Below, one piece after another: positions 54,258 through 63,425 of a stretch of 64,000 bases of DNA (its first letter is position 1; each line of letters begins with the position of its first letter). The stretch lies in IMG/VR virus record IMGVR_UViG_3300045988_147305; one strand, given 5' to 3'. The notes under the pieces are model-generated. The model worked only from the letters and a program-made list of their open reading frames with translations. It did not search any database and was not told where the DNA came from. The position numbers were made by a program, and so were the translations under genes. Source of the stretch: a virus (lineage: Duplodnaviria; Heunggongvirae; Uroviricota; Caudoviricetes).

Positions 54258-56173
54258 GCCGCTACCCCCGCTTTCTGGATTGCTACCAACAGATCAGCCA
54301 GGTGGCGAGCTGCGCCGTTAACCAGCTCTTCGTTTTCCTCAAAACGTCCGGCAGCCTGAAGGGCTGCAATCGCTTCCCGGACATTGCCCCGAGCGTTACG
54401 GATCTCCGCCATGTCAGTGCTTTGCATATCCATCACGTTATTGAGATATTCAATGGCTTTATTAGCCTCTGCATCTGCTTCGCTAACCGTTTCATCAGGC
54501 TGTGCCGGGGCCGGTTCTGGCTGAGTAATCTCACCGACTTCGGCCTGCAATGCATTGATCATGCTCTGCACCATTTTCTCGGTGCCAGCGCCCCCAGGAA
54601 ACGCAATATTGGGGAAAGTTTTTTGAAACTGAGTTTTCAGCATTACGCGGAACTCGTCTGGTGAGCTGGTGGCCAGCTCCAGAGCTTTTTGTGCATATTT
54701 GCCAAACGGACCATTAGTAAGTGTCTTCGCCAGGAAGTCGAAAGAATCCTCGCGAGGCAATAACTTCAGGTCGTACTCACTCATTTGCTGATCAGAAATC
54801 GGGGTATCGTAAGTAGCAATGCCGTAGCGTGCATATTCATAATACGGGTCACCTTCATCAGGGCGCGGCAGAATTGCTTTATTACCTTCAGGTATTGCGC
54901 CAGGGGCCGCCGGACGCATTTGCAGGGCATATCGATATGCACCTACAGAGACTTCTGGTTCAGGCGAAGAGCTACCGGTATCCTCCGCTGGTTCAGGTTC
55001 GACCTTTTCCGGTTTATGTTCTTCTGTTTGGACCAGGTATTCCGATACATTACCCGCTTTATAGGCTTTAAACAGCTTGCCGATCGCATCTGCCATGTCC
55101 ACGCCCTGTATGGATTTAGCCTTGATCATGTACACGCTGCCATCCGAATCGGTTAACTGGATATACCCTTCACCGTCCTCAATGAATTGCTTCATTGATG
55201 CACCATTACTGAGCGTCACTTCCCCGTTCATATGCATACGATTTTTGATACTTGCAAGGCGATCCGTCATCGCGCGAGAGTGTCCACCAGTCATCCCCGC
55301 AGGAGCAATGGTTTCGCGCCCACCAGTGCGATTGAGCTGATCAATCTCCGTCTGCAAACGCTCATTCTCTTCATAAAGAGAATCCGCTTCCGATGCAACA
55401 GCGTTAATTTTCTGCTCCAAATCTACCTTCTGCCCTTCTACCGCTGCCACCTGATCCGCGAGGTCGCTCATGGCATCCTCTTTCTGGTCACTGTCAGCCT
55501 GTAGTTGGGTTATTTCATCAACCAGGGCTTTTTTCTTCTTCTGCGCACGCTGGAATTTTGCCGAGTTTTTCTCTGCAAGGTTGGCAAGTTTCATGGTGAC
55601 CTGCGCCAGCGTCATATCACGTCCACTCATCGGAGCAACGGTATGAGTAACGTCTTTTTTATTCAGTAAGAACTGGAAAGCAATCAGCGTATCGCTATTG
55701 GTGATCCGGTTTTCCGCTGTCGGGCTATGAAACAGAATGCTGATAGTCTGACCATCACTGAGCGGAATAATGGCTGGCAGAACCGGCAGCCCGTTAACGT
55801 TACGTGCCCGGCCAATTTCAGCCCCGCCGATCGCGCGTGCACCGTTCTGGGCCACATCCCCCGTTTTATCACTCCCCGCAGAGATTCCGGTACCATTCAG
55901 CTTCTGGTTCAATGCCCGGACAAATGCCTGCATGGTCCGGTGTAGCTGCAAACGAGTAGAACTAATCGCCTCCAGTAAATCCGTAGCACACCAGTGGATC
56001 GGCGTGTCATAGAAGAACGTAGCCTCGATTTCTTCCAGGGTGTTGGATTCCGTCATCAGATAGCGGTCCTCACCGGCCATTAATGCGCGATATTCATCAT
56101 CAGTCACTGGCGGGGGAAGCACGTCAAGCCCAGGCTTGATCGTCACCCCTTTATTGATATTGAACTGTTCCAT
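54254..56173 (-). CDS. darA: DarA antirestriction/head protein, 639 aa
   Basis: Length and operon position as recalled for P1 DarA. Confidence 0.65.
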   Translation of the reverse strand: MEQFNINKGVTIKPGLDVLPPPVTDDEYRALMAGEDRYLMTESNTLEEIEATFFYDTPIHWCATDLLEAISSTRLQLHRTMQAFVRALNQKLNGTGISAGSDKTGDVAQNGARAIGGAEIGRARNVNGLPVLPAIIPLSDGQTISILFHSPTAENRITNSDTLIAFQFLLNKKDVTHTVAPMSGRDMTLAQVTMKLANLAEKNSAKFQRAQKKKKALVDEITQLQADSDQKEDAMSDLADQVAAVEGQKVDLEQKINAVASEADSLYEENERLQTEIDQLNRTGGRETIAPAGMTGGHSRAMTDRLASIKNRMHMNGEVTLSNGASMKQFIEDGEGYIQLTDSDGSVYMIKAKSIQGVDMADAIGKLFKAYKAGNVSEYLVQTEEHKPEKVEPEPAEDTGSSSPEPEVSVGAYRYALQMRPAAPGAIPEGNKAILPRPDEGDPYYEYARYGIATYDTPISDQQMSEYDLKLLPREDSFDFLAKTLTNGPFGKYAQKALELATSSPDEFRVMLKTQFQKTFPNIAFPGGAGTEKMVQSMINALQAEVGEITQPEPAPAQPDETVSEADAEANKAIEYLNNVMDMQSTDMAEIRNARGNVREAIAALQAAGRFEENEELVNGAARHLADLLVAIQKAGVAA

Positions 56174-56174
56174 G

Positions 56175-56786
56175 TTAATTTCCTGCTTTCAGTTGCTTAA
56201 GACGGCGTTTGAGTTCGCCATTTCGGGCCTTTTCGTTATTGAGTCGGCCTGTCTCCTTATCCAGCTTCGCCCGCAAATCAGTGATCTGCTGTTGATTGAA
56301 AGACACCGAGTTCTGCGCTGATTTATAAGCGGCAACCACCTGAGCATTCCGCTGTTTTGCCTCTTGCAGGCGCTGAAAGTTGGATTTTACTGCCGGTTTC
56401 TTGTCTACCGGATTGGCAACACGTTTCGCTTTGGCGATCAGTGATTTCTGGAATTTTGCGGAGTTTTTGCGGGCCGCTTGCCCCATGACGGTACCAAGCG
56501 TCTTGATATCCGGCGACTGAGCGTTAGGAATAGCTTTTCCATTCAGCCTCACAGACGATATATCGCCAGTATCGTTTACCTGTATGGCAAGAATTTGTCC
56601 GTCGTTAAGAACCAGCTTTGCGGTTTTAACTTTAACGCCATCTTTCGTTGTTGCGCGGTTGCTGGAGTCAACCTCAATTACCGTAACACCGGTTTTATTG
56701 ATCGCCGCGATAAGGGATTTCAGCCCCTTTTCATTAACCTGGTCAAAATCGACCGTTGCATACTTATTTTTCGTCATCTGACACAT
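56175..56786 (-). CDS. hdf: Hdf-like protein, 203 aa
   Basis: Immediately upstream of darA. Confidence 0.55.
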   Translation of the reverse strand: MCQMTKNKYATVDFDQVNEKGLKSLIAAINKTGVTVIEVDSSNRATTKDGVKVKTAKLVLNDGQILAIQVNDTGDISSVRLNGKAIPNAQSPDIKTLGTVMGQAARKNSAKFQKSLIAKAKRVANPVDKKPAVKSNFQRLQEAKQRNAQVVAAYKSAQNSVSFNQQQITDLRAKLDKETGRLNNEKARNGELKRRLKQLKAGN

Positions 56787-57207
56787 CCTGTGCGAGATTT
56801 ATTACGTAACTTCTGCGGATTTGCTGAGTAACAGGGAAAATCCGATACAACGGGTTAATGAACGAGTCGCCATGCGTAACCATGACGTTGAAATGCCACA
56901 GTCGCTCTCCTTTACCCATATATTCAGTGGGTATGTACAACCATTCACTGTTTTCGCCCTGTTCAGCCGACGTCAAACAACGTTGTTCGCCTTCAATCAC
57001 TGTCGTCGGTTTCTGAACATCGCGGATCCAATATCTGACCGTTGCGCCGCGCAAAAACGGGAATTTAGACCGGTATTTGAACGGCACCCGGATGAAACCC
57101 GGTTTAATTTCCACATCACCAAGTTCTAAATGCGTGATGTCCTTGCGTTTTAGCAAATAGCGATCGGCTAAGGCTAACGCAAGAGCGCATACACCCCAGC
57201 CAATCAT
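56764..57207 (-). CDS. lydB: LydB-like antiholin, 147 aa
   Basis: Downstream of and coupled to the holin-like gene. Confidence 0.55.
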   Translation of the reverse strand: MIGWGVCALALALADRYLLKRKDITHLELGDVEIKPGFIRVPFKYRSKFPFLRGATVRYWIRDVQKPTTVIEGEQRCLTSAEQGENSEWLYIPTEYMGKGERLWHFNVMVTHGDSFINPLYRIFPVTQQIRRSYVINLAQDVSDDEK

Positions 57208-57533
57208 TTCCCACCTCCCTTTTTCACCAAACTTGTAAGAACATTCAGAATGCTATCGATATTCACTCGTTTCATCCCTGAAATCACCTCATGACCGTTA
57301 TTGCTGGCTATCGTTACCATTAAGTACGTAATTGATAACTCCCAGCCCTCGTGTTGCCCCAATAGGTACGCCACCGCGCCAGCTGTCACTGCAACAAAGA
57401 TCTCCGTAACCAATCCCAACAAATTGCCAGACTGGCGACCGTCTCGGACATCCATCAGGAACGTGCCTATCCCACCAATTACTGAAAGCAGGAGCGCAAT
57501 AGCAACTGGAGCTAATTCCTGTGTGTCAAGCAC
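57204..57533 (-). CDS. lydA: LydA-like holin, 109 aa
   Basis: Multiple predicted TM helices; charged C-terminus; first gene of the lyd-dar operon. Confidence 0.6.
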   Translation of the reverse strand: MLDTQELAPVAIALLLSVIGGIGTFLMDVRDGRQSGNLLGLVTEIFVAVTAGAVAYLLGQHEGWELSITYLMVTIASNNGHEVISGMKRVNIDSILNVLTSLVKKGGGK

Positions 57534-57607
57534 AAGTTCCCTCCTACGTTGTCAGGAGGTAATGGTATGCAAAGTAACTTCTCAACCGGTTATGTTGCAT
57601 AAGAGAC

Positions 57608-57871
57608 TTACCTATTCAACCGACTTTTGGAACCTTCAATAATAAGCCTGCTATTGGCGCTGAAAATAAGAACCATGCAGCTCTGAAGGCTTTCATTCAT
57701 ATCCTTATATTCCGCGAGATACATGCCAATAAAGCCAGCAAGTACGGCGGAAATACATTCGGCCAGCAATTTCTTGCATGAAGACTCGTAACGGTTTTCA
57801 CATAGCCCACTCAAATACGAATACACCCCACCAAGAAGGGATAACATCACGATATGTACATAAAATGTCAT
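57608..57871 (-). CDS. small holin-like membrane protein, 87 aa
   Basis: Two hydrophobic segments; upstream of lydA. Confidence 0.4.
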   Translation of the reverse strand: MTFYVHIVMLSLLGGVYSYLSGLCENRYESSCKKLLAECISAVLAGFIGMYLAEYKDMNESLQSCMVLIFSANSRLIIEGSKSRLNR

Positions 57872-57998
57872 TTTTTACCTATACAACAGTAAGTTGAACA
57901 ACATCTGAGAACGGTATGCACTTTGTGATTTCCACACACACTGGTTTTGTTAATTAAAACCTGTAGCTTGCAATAAATAACGATAGTGGGCAGAAAAT

Positions 57999-58183
57999 AT
58001 GCTAATAGGCTATGTACGCATATAGACAAATGAACAAAACACAGCTATGCAGTGAAAAGCACTTGAAAGCGCAGGATGTGAGCTAATTTTTGCGAATAAG
58101 GCGAGCAGCAAAAAGGCTGGGCACCCTGGGTTAAAAAAGGTTCTGCGTATGCTTTCCAGAGGTGATACCCTAGTCTCGGGCTA
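57999..58183 (+). pseudogene. remnant of a serine-invertase (Cin/Gin/Hin-like) N-terminus with in-frame stops
   Basis: Reads MLIGYVRI*TNEQNTAMQ*KALESAGCELIFANKASSKKAGHPGLKKVLRMLSRGDTLVSG*, colinear with the first ~60 residues of the cin product on the opposite strand. Confidence 0.6.
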
Positions 58184-58306
58184 GGGACAACATTTCGAGG
58201 ACAGTTTTCATTAGCGGTCAGCAGGCGCTAGATACATCGAATTGATGTGCCGCGCGATAAATGTACCTATTCTATCAAGATAAATTACACCGACGCGGCA
58301 TTAGAA

Positions 58307-58879
58307 TTACAGCTCAGATTGAGTTTGGCGCTTCTCTACAGGATGATAACGATAAATCGTCGATACACCGATATCGTAAATAATTGCCAACTGTTTCCTG
58401 CTGTAGCCATTTTCGATCAACCTCGCTATTTGCTCATGTTGTTCTTTTGTCAACTTCGGGCGACGTCCGCCAATGCGTCCCTGTTCGCGTGCAGCTGCCA
58501 GTCCGGCCAGTGTTCTCTCAACAATTAATTCACGTTCCATTTCTGCTAAAGCCCCCATGACGTGAAAAAAGAAACGCCCCATGGGTGTTGATGTGTCAAT
58601 ACTGTCTGTCAGACTACGGAAATTAACACCTTTTTCCCGCAACTCCTCTATAAGCGTGATAAGGTGTTTCATACTTCTGCCAAGCCTATCCAGCTTCCAG
58701 ACAACCAGCGTATCTCCTTCTGATAACGTTCTGAGCAGCTTTTTCAAGCCTGGTCTGGCTGACTTTGTTCCGCTTATTTTATCTTCAAAAATCAGTTCAC
58801 ATCCTGCGCAGTTCAGTGCATTTCTTTGTAAATCTGTGTTTTGGTCATTTGTTGACACACGAATGTAGCCAATTTGCAT
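58307..58879 (-). CDS. cin: Cin DNA invertase (serine recombinase)
   Basis: MQIGYIRVSTNDQNTDLQRNAL..., catalytic Ser in YIRVST, C-terminal HTH; ATG 58877-58879 preferred over track TTG 58888. Confidence 0.9.
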   Translation of the reverse strand: MQIGYIRVSTNDQNTDLQRNALNCAGCELIFEDKISGTKSARPGLKKLLRTLSEGDTLVVWKLDRLGRSMKHLITLIEELREKGVNFRSLTDSIDTSTPMGRFFFHVMGALAEMERELIVERTLAGLAAAREQGRIGGRRPKLTKEQHEQIARLIENGYSRKQLAIIYDIGVSTIYRYHPVEKRQTQSEL

Positions 58880-58933
58880 GAAAAACAACCTCTTTGTTTA
58901 GTTAAAAATACATCGTTGGTATAGGTAGGGATT

Positions 58934-58959
58934 AAGACTAAAACGTTGGTTTGGGAGAA
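58934..58959. other. cix-like crossover site (left) at the outer edge of a ~240-bp inverted repeat
   Basis: AAGACTAAAACG-TT-GGTTTGGGAGAA; inner half resembles the Gin/Cin half-site GGTTTTGGATAA. Confidence 0.5.
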
Positions 58960-59409
58960 GGCTCGGCGCTGCCCGTTGGTGTACCTGTTCCATGGCCCTC
59001 AGCCACACCTCCAACGGGGTGGCTGAAATGCAATGGTGCAGCATTTTCTTCTGAAAAGTACCCAAATCTGGCAAAGGTTTACCCAACGTTAAAATTACCT
59101 GATTTACGCGGTGAGTTTATCCGTGGTTGGGATGATGGGCGAGGTGTGGATGCGGGAAGGGTCATCTTAAGCATACAGGGGTGGTTAACAGGAAGTCATT
59201 ATCATAATATTCGGTCATGGGACGCGTGGGATAACACGGTATTGGTGCCAAATGACAGAGGGGGGGATAGTCTGTTGTCGACAGATAACGCCGTCCAAGA
59301 AGGAGCGATTAATGGTAAATTTACCAGTCAATACAGAACGGAGTTATCTGGGGGGAATGAAACCCGCCCACGTAACATTGCCTTCAATTATATTGTGAGA
59401 GCAGCATAA
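58951..59409 (+). CDS. alternative tail-fibre C-terminal segment (Sv'), no own start, currently inverted relative to S
   Basis: Begins within the cix repeat (GEGSALPVGVPVPWP...), ends ETRPRNIAFNYIVRAA like the S C-terminus. Confidence 0.7.
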   Translation: MGEGSALPVGVPVPWPSATPPTGWLKCNGAAFSSEKYPNLAKVYPTLKLPDLRGEFIRGWDDGRGVDAGRVILSIQGWLTGSHYHNIRSWDAWDNTVLVPNDRGGDSLLSTDNAVQEGAINGKFTSQYRTELSGGNETRPRNIAFNYIVRAA

Positions 59410-60020
59410 TGGATAATGCGATATTAAATAGCGAACTTATAGCCATACAGGCAGGAAACATTATCGTTTATAACTATGATGGTGGTAATCGGGAATATAT
59501 TTCTGCATCAACTGAATATCTTGCTGTTGGCGTTGGTATTCCGGCACATTCTTGTTTGGATGCTCCAGGCTCACATAAAGCAGGTTATGCGATTCTCCGT
59601 TCAGAGGATTTAAGTTCATGGGAGTATGTGCCAGATCATCGTGGCGAAACTGTCTATAGCATTGACACTGGGAATCCCGAAGAAATCACGGTGTTGGGTG
59701 ACTATCCGGAAAATACAACCACTATCGCCCCGCTAACACCATACGACAAATGGGATGGAGAGAAATGGGTGGTTGATACTGAGGCTCAACATAGTGCAGC
59801 TGTAGAGGCAGCAGAAACAAAACGTCAGTCATTGATTGATACTGCGATGGATTCCATTAGTCTGATTCAGTTGAAATTACGGGCTGGACGGAAGTTGACG
59901 CAGGCAGAAACCACGCAGCTTAACTCCGTGCTAGATTATATAGACGAGCTGAACGCGATGGATTTAACCACGGCACCAGATCTCAACTGGCCTGAAAAAC
60001 AACTTTCTACAGCCAGTTGA
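59409..60020 (+). CDS. tail fibre assembly chaperone (U'/Tfa)
   Basis: Coupled to Sv' (TAATG); conserved Tfa C-terminal region KLRAGRKLTQAETTQLNSVLDYIDELNAMDLT. Confidence 0.7.
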   Translation: MDNAILNSELIAIQAGNIIVYNYDGGNREYISASTEYLAVGVGIPAHSCLDAPGSHKAGYAILRSEDLSSWEYVPDHRGETVYSIDTGNPEEITVLGDYPENTTTIAPLTPYDKWDGEKWVVDTEAQHSAAVEAAETKRQSLIDTAMDSISLIQLKLRAGRKLTQAETTQLNSVLDYIDELNAMDLTTAPDLNWPEKQLSTAS

Positions 60021-60025
60021 TATAA

Positions 60026-61576
60026 TTAATCCGCCCTCACAATATAATTAAATGCAATATTACGAGGGCGGGTTTCTAAGCCAGCAGTACCTAAATTAGC
60101 TACGGACTGTTTATATGTTTTAAAAGTTCCATAATTAGGGGCTGGCAATCCTGCATCGCTTGTGTTCCCCCATCTGATAACTCCCGTATTACCACTAGTA
60201 GCCCATGCCTCGTCAAAGTAGAAATTAATTGAGCTGTCAGTTGCTACGGTTGATTTTGACGGTAATCCGTGAGCATGATCCTCCGTTGCATATCCTTGCT
60301 CGCTTAAAATAGAGCGACCTGGATCAATCCCGCGCCCGTCATCCCAGCCACGAATGAACTCACCACGTAAATCAGGCAATTTATTTGTCGGGTAAGCCTT
60401 TGCCAGTTCCGGGTATTCTTCAGCAGAAAAAGCCGCACCGTTGCATTTCAGCCAGCCAGTAGGCGGTGTGGCTGAAGGCCACGGAACAGGCACACCAACG
60501 GGTAATGCCGAACCTTCTCCCAAACCAAGGTATGCGAGAAGACCAGCAACATCTTTTCCACTCAAATTAGTCAGCGTATTGTCCAGCGGTTGTTTGCCTG
60601 ACAGCGCATTAAGCATTGTTGTGGCAAAGTTCGGATCATTCCCCAGTGCCGCCGCCAGTTCATTCAATGTATCCAGTGCAGCAGGTGCAGAACCCACCAT
60701 TGCTGCAATCGCCGATTTCACAAAAGCCGTAGTGGCAATCTGTGTATTGTTGACCGACTGTGCCGCAGTCGGCGCTGTTGGCGTCCCGGTAAGTGCCGGA
60801 CTTGACAGTGACGCTTTTAGTTCCAGCGCATTGTTAATGGTGGTGCTGAATTTCGGGTCATTGTTTATGGCTGCGGCTATTTCTTTCAGCGTGTCCAGCG
60901 TGGCTGGCGCACCATTAATAAGGGCCTTCAGTGCCGCCTGAACAAACGCGGTGGTCGCAAGTTGCGTGGTATTATTCCCCGCCGCTGGCGTTGGTGCTTT
61001 GGGGGTTCCGGTAAACGTCGGGCTGGCTTTTGGCGCGTACTGTGAATGCGGGTCCAGTGCGGCAAGATGTTTTGCCATCAGATCATCCACGTACACCTTC
61101 AGCTCCAGTGCCTTGTCATCCACATACTTGCGGGTTGCCAGCACAACGGCAGGGTCGATTTTCAGGGTGATATTGTCCGTGCTGCTGGTTATCAGCACCA
61201 TGCGCACGGTCTGGGTGCGCCCGCTGCCTTCAGCCAGTCGCGGTTTATAGCTTTCCGGGCAGTTCCCCACGGCAATCAATGCCCCTGACTCATCAAACAG
61301 GCCCACTTCACGTATCCACCAACCGCCCTCGTTTTCAGGGATCACCTGTTCAGCAATAATCTGGCTGCTGTTCTGCGGGTCGATATAGAGCATATTCAGC
61401 GCAGCCCGGCGTTTCTCATTTACCAGTGCAGTCTGCTTTGCGTCCGGCGTCGGCAATACTCCGCCGCCATCGCCCACCGCCATATGGGTAATTTTTAAAG
61501 GCACACCGAGCGCGGCGGCGCTGGCAAGTTTCGCCGCGCCAATATCCGTCAGCAGGGTATAAAATTTTGTGCTCAT
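60026..61576 (-). CDS. S: tail fibre protein S (516 aa): P2 H/Mu S-like N-terminus plus variable tip
   Basis: N-terminus MSTKFYTLLTDIGAAKLA...MAVGDGGG parallels P2 gpH; C-terminal 166 aa follow the cix repeat and end RNIAFNYIVRAD. Confidence 0.8.
   Translation of the reverse strand: MSTKFYTLLTDIGAAKLASAAALGVPLKITHMAVGDGGGVLPTPDAKQTALVNEKRRAALNMLYIDPQNSSQIIAEQVIPENEGGWWIREVGLFDESGALIAVGNCPESYKPRLAEGSGRTQTVRMVLITSSTDNITLKIDPAVVLATRKYVDDKALELKVYVDDLMAKHLAALDPHSQYAPKASPTFTGTPKAPTPAAGNNTTQLATTAFVQAALKALINGAPATLDTLKEIAAAINNDPKFSTTINNALELKASLSSPALTGTPTAPTAAQSVNNTQIATTAFVKSAIAAMVGSAPAALDTLNELAAALGNDPNFATTMLNALSGKQPLDNTLTNLSGKDVAGLLAYLGLGEGSALPVGVPVPWPSATPPTGWLKCNGAAFSAEEYPELAKAYPTNKLPDLRGEFIRGWDDGRGIDPGRSILSEQGYATEDHAHGLPSKSTVATDSSINFYFDEAWATSGNTGVIRWGNTSDAGLPAPNYGTFKTYKQSVANLGTAGLETRPRNIAFNYIVRAD
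60515..60540. other. cix-like crossover site (right), inside S at the constant/variable junction
   Basis: Inverted copy of the left site (TTCTCCCAAACC-AA-GGTATGCGAGAA). Confidence 0.5.
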
Positions 61577-62178
61577 GGATTCACTCTCATTGTGTCAATA
61601 ACATGGACCGCCCCGCCTTCATGCGCGGTGCCGCCGGAAATAATTGTTTCGTTGATATACGGATAGATCGTGATTTCTTCGCCAAGATAGCTGGCGGCTC
61701 CCACCCAATGCGGGCCGCTGGTCTGCAGGTTGATGGACATGCCGATCATGTGACGGCTACATGGTTTGGCATCGCTTATCAGTCGCTCAAGTTCCAGATA
61801 GGTATCTTCAGTGATGCCCTGGTCCTGCACACCAATGTCCAGGCGAAACGTGCCCGGTGTTTCTCCGGTCTGCCACCACTCAATAATGCGGTTCAGGAAG
61901 CCGAACGGCTCCACCACCCGCCGCACGGCACTGGTGGTTCCTTTATGCTGATGTATATAAAAAGCATCCTTTACCACCTGGCGTTTGACGCTTTCCGTCC
62001 AGCCCTCGTCCCATCGATCCACAGAGAACGCCCAGGCGAGATAAGGCAGGAAACTGACCGGACAGGTTGCCGGATTCCACAAGTCACGAAGCGGCACCTG
62101 CAGATCAGAAATCCCGCTGCAGGTTTGCGCCAGTCGGCGCTCCAGTGGTGTTGAACCCGGTGGCAGCAGACTATTCAT
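61573..62178 (-). CDS. baseplate protein, P2 gpI-like (P1 R position)
   Basis: 201 aa; N-terminus LLPPGSTPLERRLA...YLAWAFSVD resembles P2 gpI. Confidence 0.6.
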   Translation of the reverse strand: MNSLLPPGSTPLERRLAQTCSGISDLQVPLRDLWNPATCPVSFLPYLAWAFSVDRWDEGWTESVKRQVVKDAFYIHQHKGTTSAVRRVVEPFGFLNRIIEWWQTGETPGTFRLDIGVQDQGITEDTYLELERLISDAKPCSRHMIGMSINLQTSGPHWVGAASYLGEEITIYPYINETIISGGTAHEGGAVHVIDTMRVNP

Positions 62179-63079
62179 CCGTTCCTCCGTTGGTTACGCT
62201 CCACTGCGTACATGATGCCGCCTGTGTTTTGTTCAGGACCACATCCGCCAGCGGTGAAGCCAGCTCCACACGCTGCACACCCTCAACATGCAGGGCGGCA
62301 AAGATGGCACTACGGCGAATATCCCGACCAAGCCGCGTCTGACTGGCGATGTACTTCTGCAGGCTGGCTTTTGCCGCTGCCATTACCGGCTCTGCTTCCG
62401 GCCCCGGATAGAGAAAAATGGTAGCTTCCACGCGGTACGGGATGATTTCTGCGCTGCGAACCGTCAGACGGTCAGCCACCGGGCGGACGTTCTCACTGTT
62501 CAGGGCTTTCTCCACCACATCCAGCAGGTCTTTTTCTGCTGTTCCATCGCCTTCGCGGCTAAGGACAGTCAGCACCACCTCTGCAGGTGCCGGACTGGTT
62601 GCACTGGCATCCGCCACCCGACCGTCGGCGCTTCGTGCATGAAATTCATAAGCGGCAGTTGGCCCCGCAACTGAAAGTCCTTCAAAGGCTGCAGGCACAC
62701 GCAGGCGTAACGCTTCATCGCTTTCCATCACAGCCGCAACGGGCGGCACAGCGTCATTATCAGCAGGCGTCACCGTCAGGCGTTTCACGTTGTAGTTGGC
62801 AGCGAGCTGGTCCAGATCGCCGCCCATCGCATAAGCCACCATCACCGCCTGCGCGGCTTCGTTAATACGCTGGCGCAGAAGCAACTCACGATAAGCGTTC
62901 TCCTGCAATAATTTGGTGACGGGTTCAGATTCCAGTTCCAGCGTGCGGATCACTGCTTCCTGCTCATCTTTCGGATGAAGCGCCACAAATTCTGCCTTGC
63001 GTTCGGCAAGCAGCGTCTCAAAGTCCGGCACATCCACAATCTGCGGCGCAGATAACTGCGAAAGGTCAATCACTGCCAT
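62171..63079 (-). CDS. baseplate protein, P2 gpJ-like (P1 gene 16 position)
   Basis: Strong by-eye match to P2 gpJ along the whole length (MAVIDLSQLSAP..., ...GRDIRRSAIFAALHVEGVQRVELASPLADVVLN...); start placed at the internal ATG. Confidence 0.75.
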   Translation of the reverse strand: MAVIDLSQLSAPQIVDVPDFETLLAERKAEFVALHPKDEQEAVIRTLELESEPVTKLLQENAYRELLLRQRINEAAQAVMVAYAMGGDLDQLAANYNVKRLTVTPADNDAVPPVAAVMESDEALRLRVPAAFEGLSVAGPTAAYEFHARSADGRVADASATSPAPAEVVLTVLSREGDGTAEKDLLDVVEKALNSENVRPVADRLTVRSAEIIPYRVEATIFLYPGPEAEPVMAAAKASLQKYIASQTRLGRDIRRSAIFAALHVEGVQRVELASPLADVVLNKTQAASCTQWSVTNGGTDE

Positions 63080-63425
63080 TCTCTGCTCCTGTTGATACGG
63101 AAAGGGACACAGGCACACCGTTATTCCGCCGCCCGGTCAGCTCCACCACCATAGAACCGTCAAAGTTGCTGTTGATGGTGATGGAATCCAGCGTCAGCCG
63201 TGGCTCCCAGCGACTCAGCGCCACATACACTGCCGACATGACCTGCAGGCGTAATGCCGGATTTTGTGGCTGATCTATTAAAACCGACAGGAGGGAACCA
63301 TATTCCCGGCGGGCAATGCGGCTACCCTGCGGTGTCAGCAGAATGTCCCGCACCGACTGGCGCAGATGATCAATATCAGTAATGACTTTGCCGCTGGTAT
63401 TGTTCATCCCGCTATAAAGCGTCAT
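63066..63425 (-). CDS. baseplate wedge protein, P2 gpW/gp25-like
   Basis: 119 aa, size and position between gpV-like and gpJ-like genes. Confidence 0.55.
   Translation of the reverse strand: MTLYSGMNNTSGKVITDIDHLRQSVRDILLTPQGSRIARREYGSLLSVLIDQPQNPALRLQVMSAVYVALSRWEPRLTLDSITINSNFDGSMVVELTGRRNNGVPVSLSVSTGAENGSD

Noticed and set aside
57950-57985. Palindrome GGTTTTG-TTAATT-AAAACC considered as an extra cix site
   Set aside because: Half-sites are oriented outward (GGTTT...AAACC), opposite to Gin/Cin crossover sites (AAACC-NN-GGTTT), and there is no flanking homology to the cix repeats.
60441-61288. Plus-strand Ala/Gly-rich ORFs inside the tail-fibre gene S
   Set aside because: Antisense shadow ORFs of the repetitive fibre-coding sequence.
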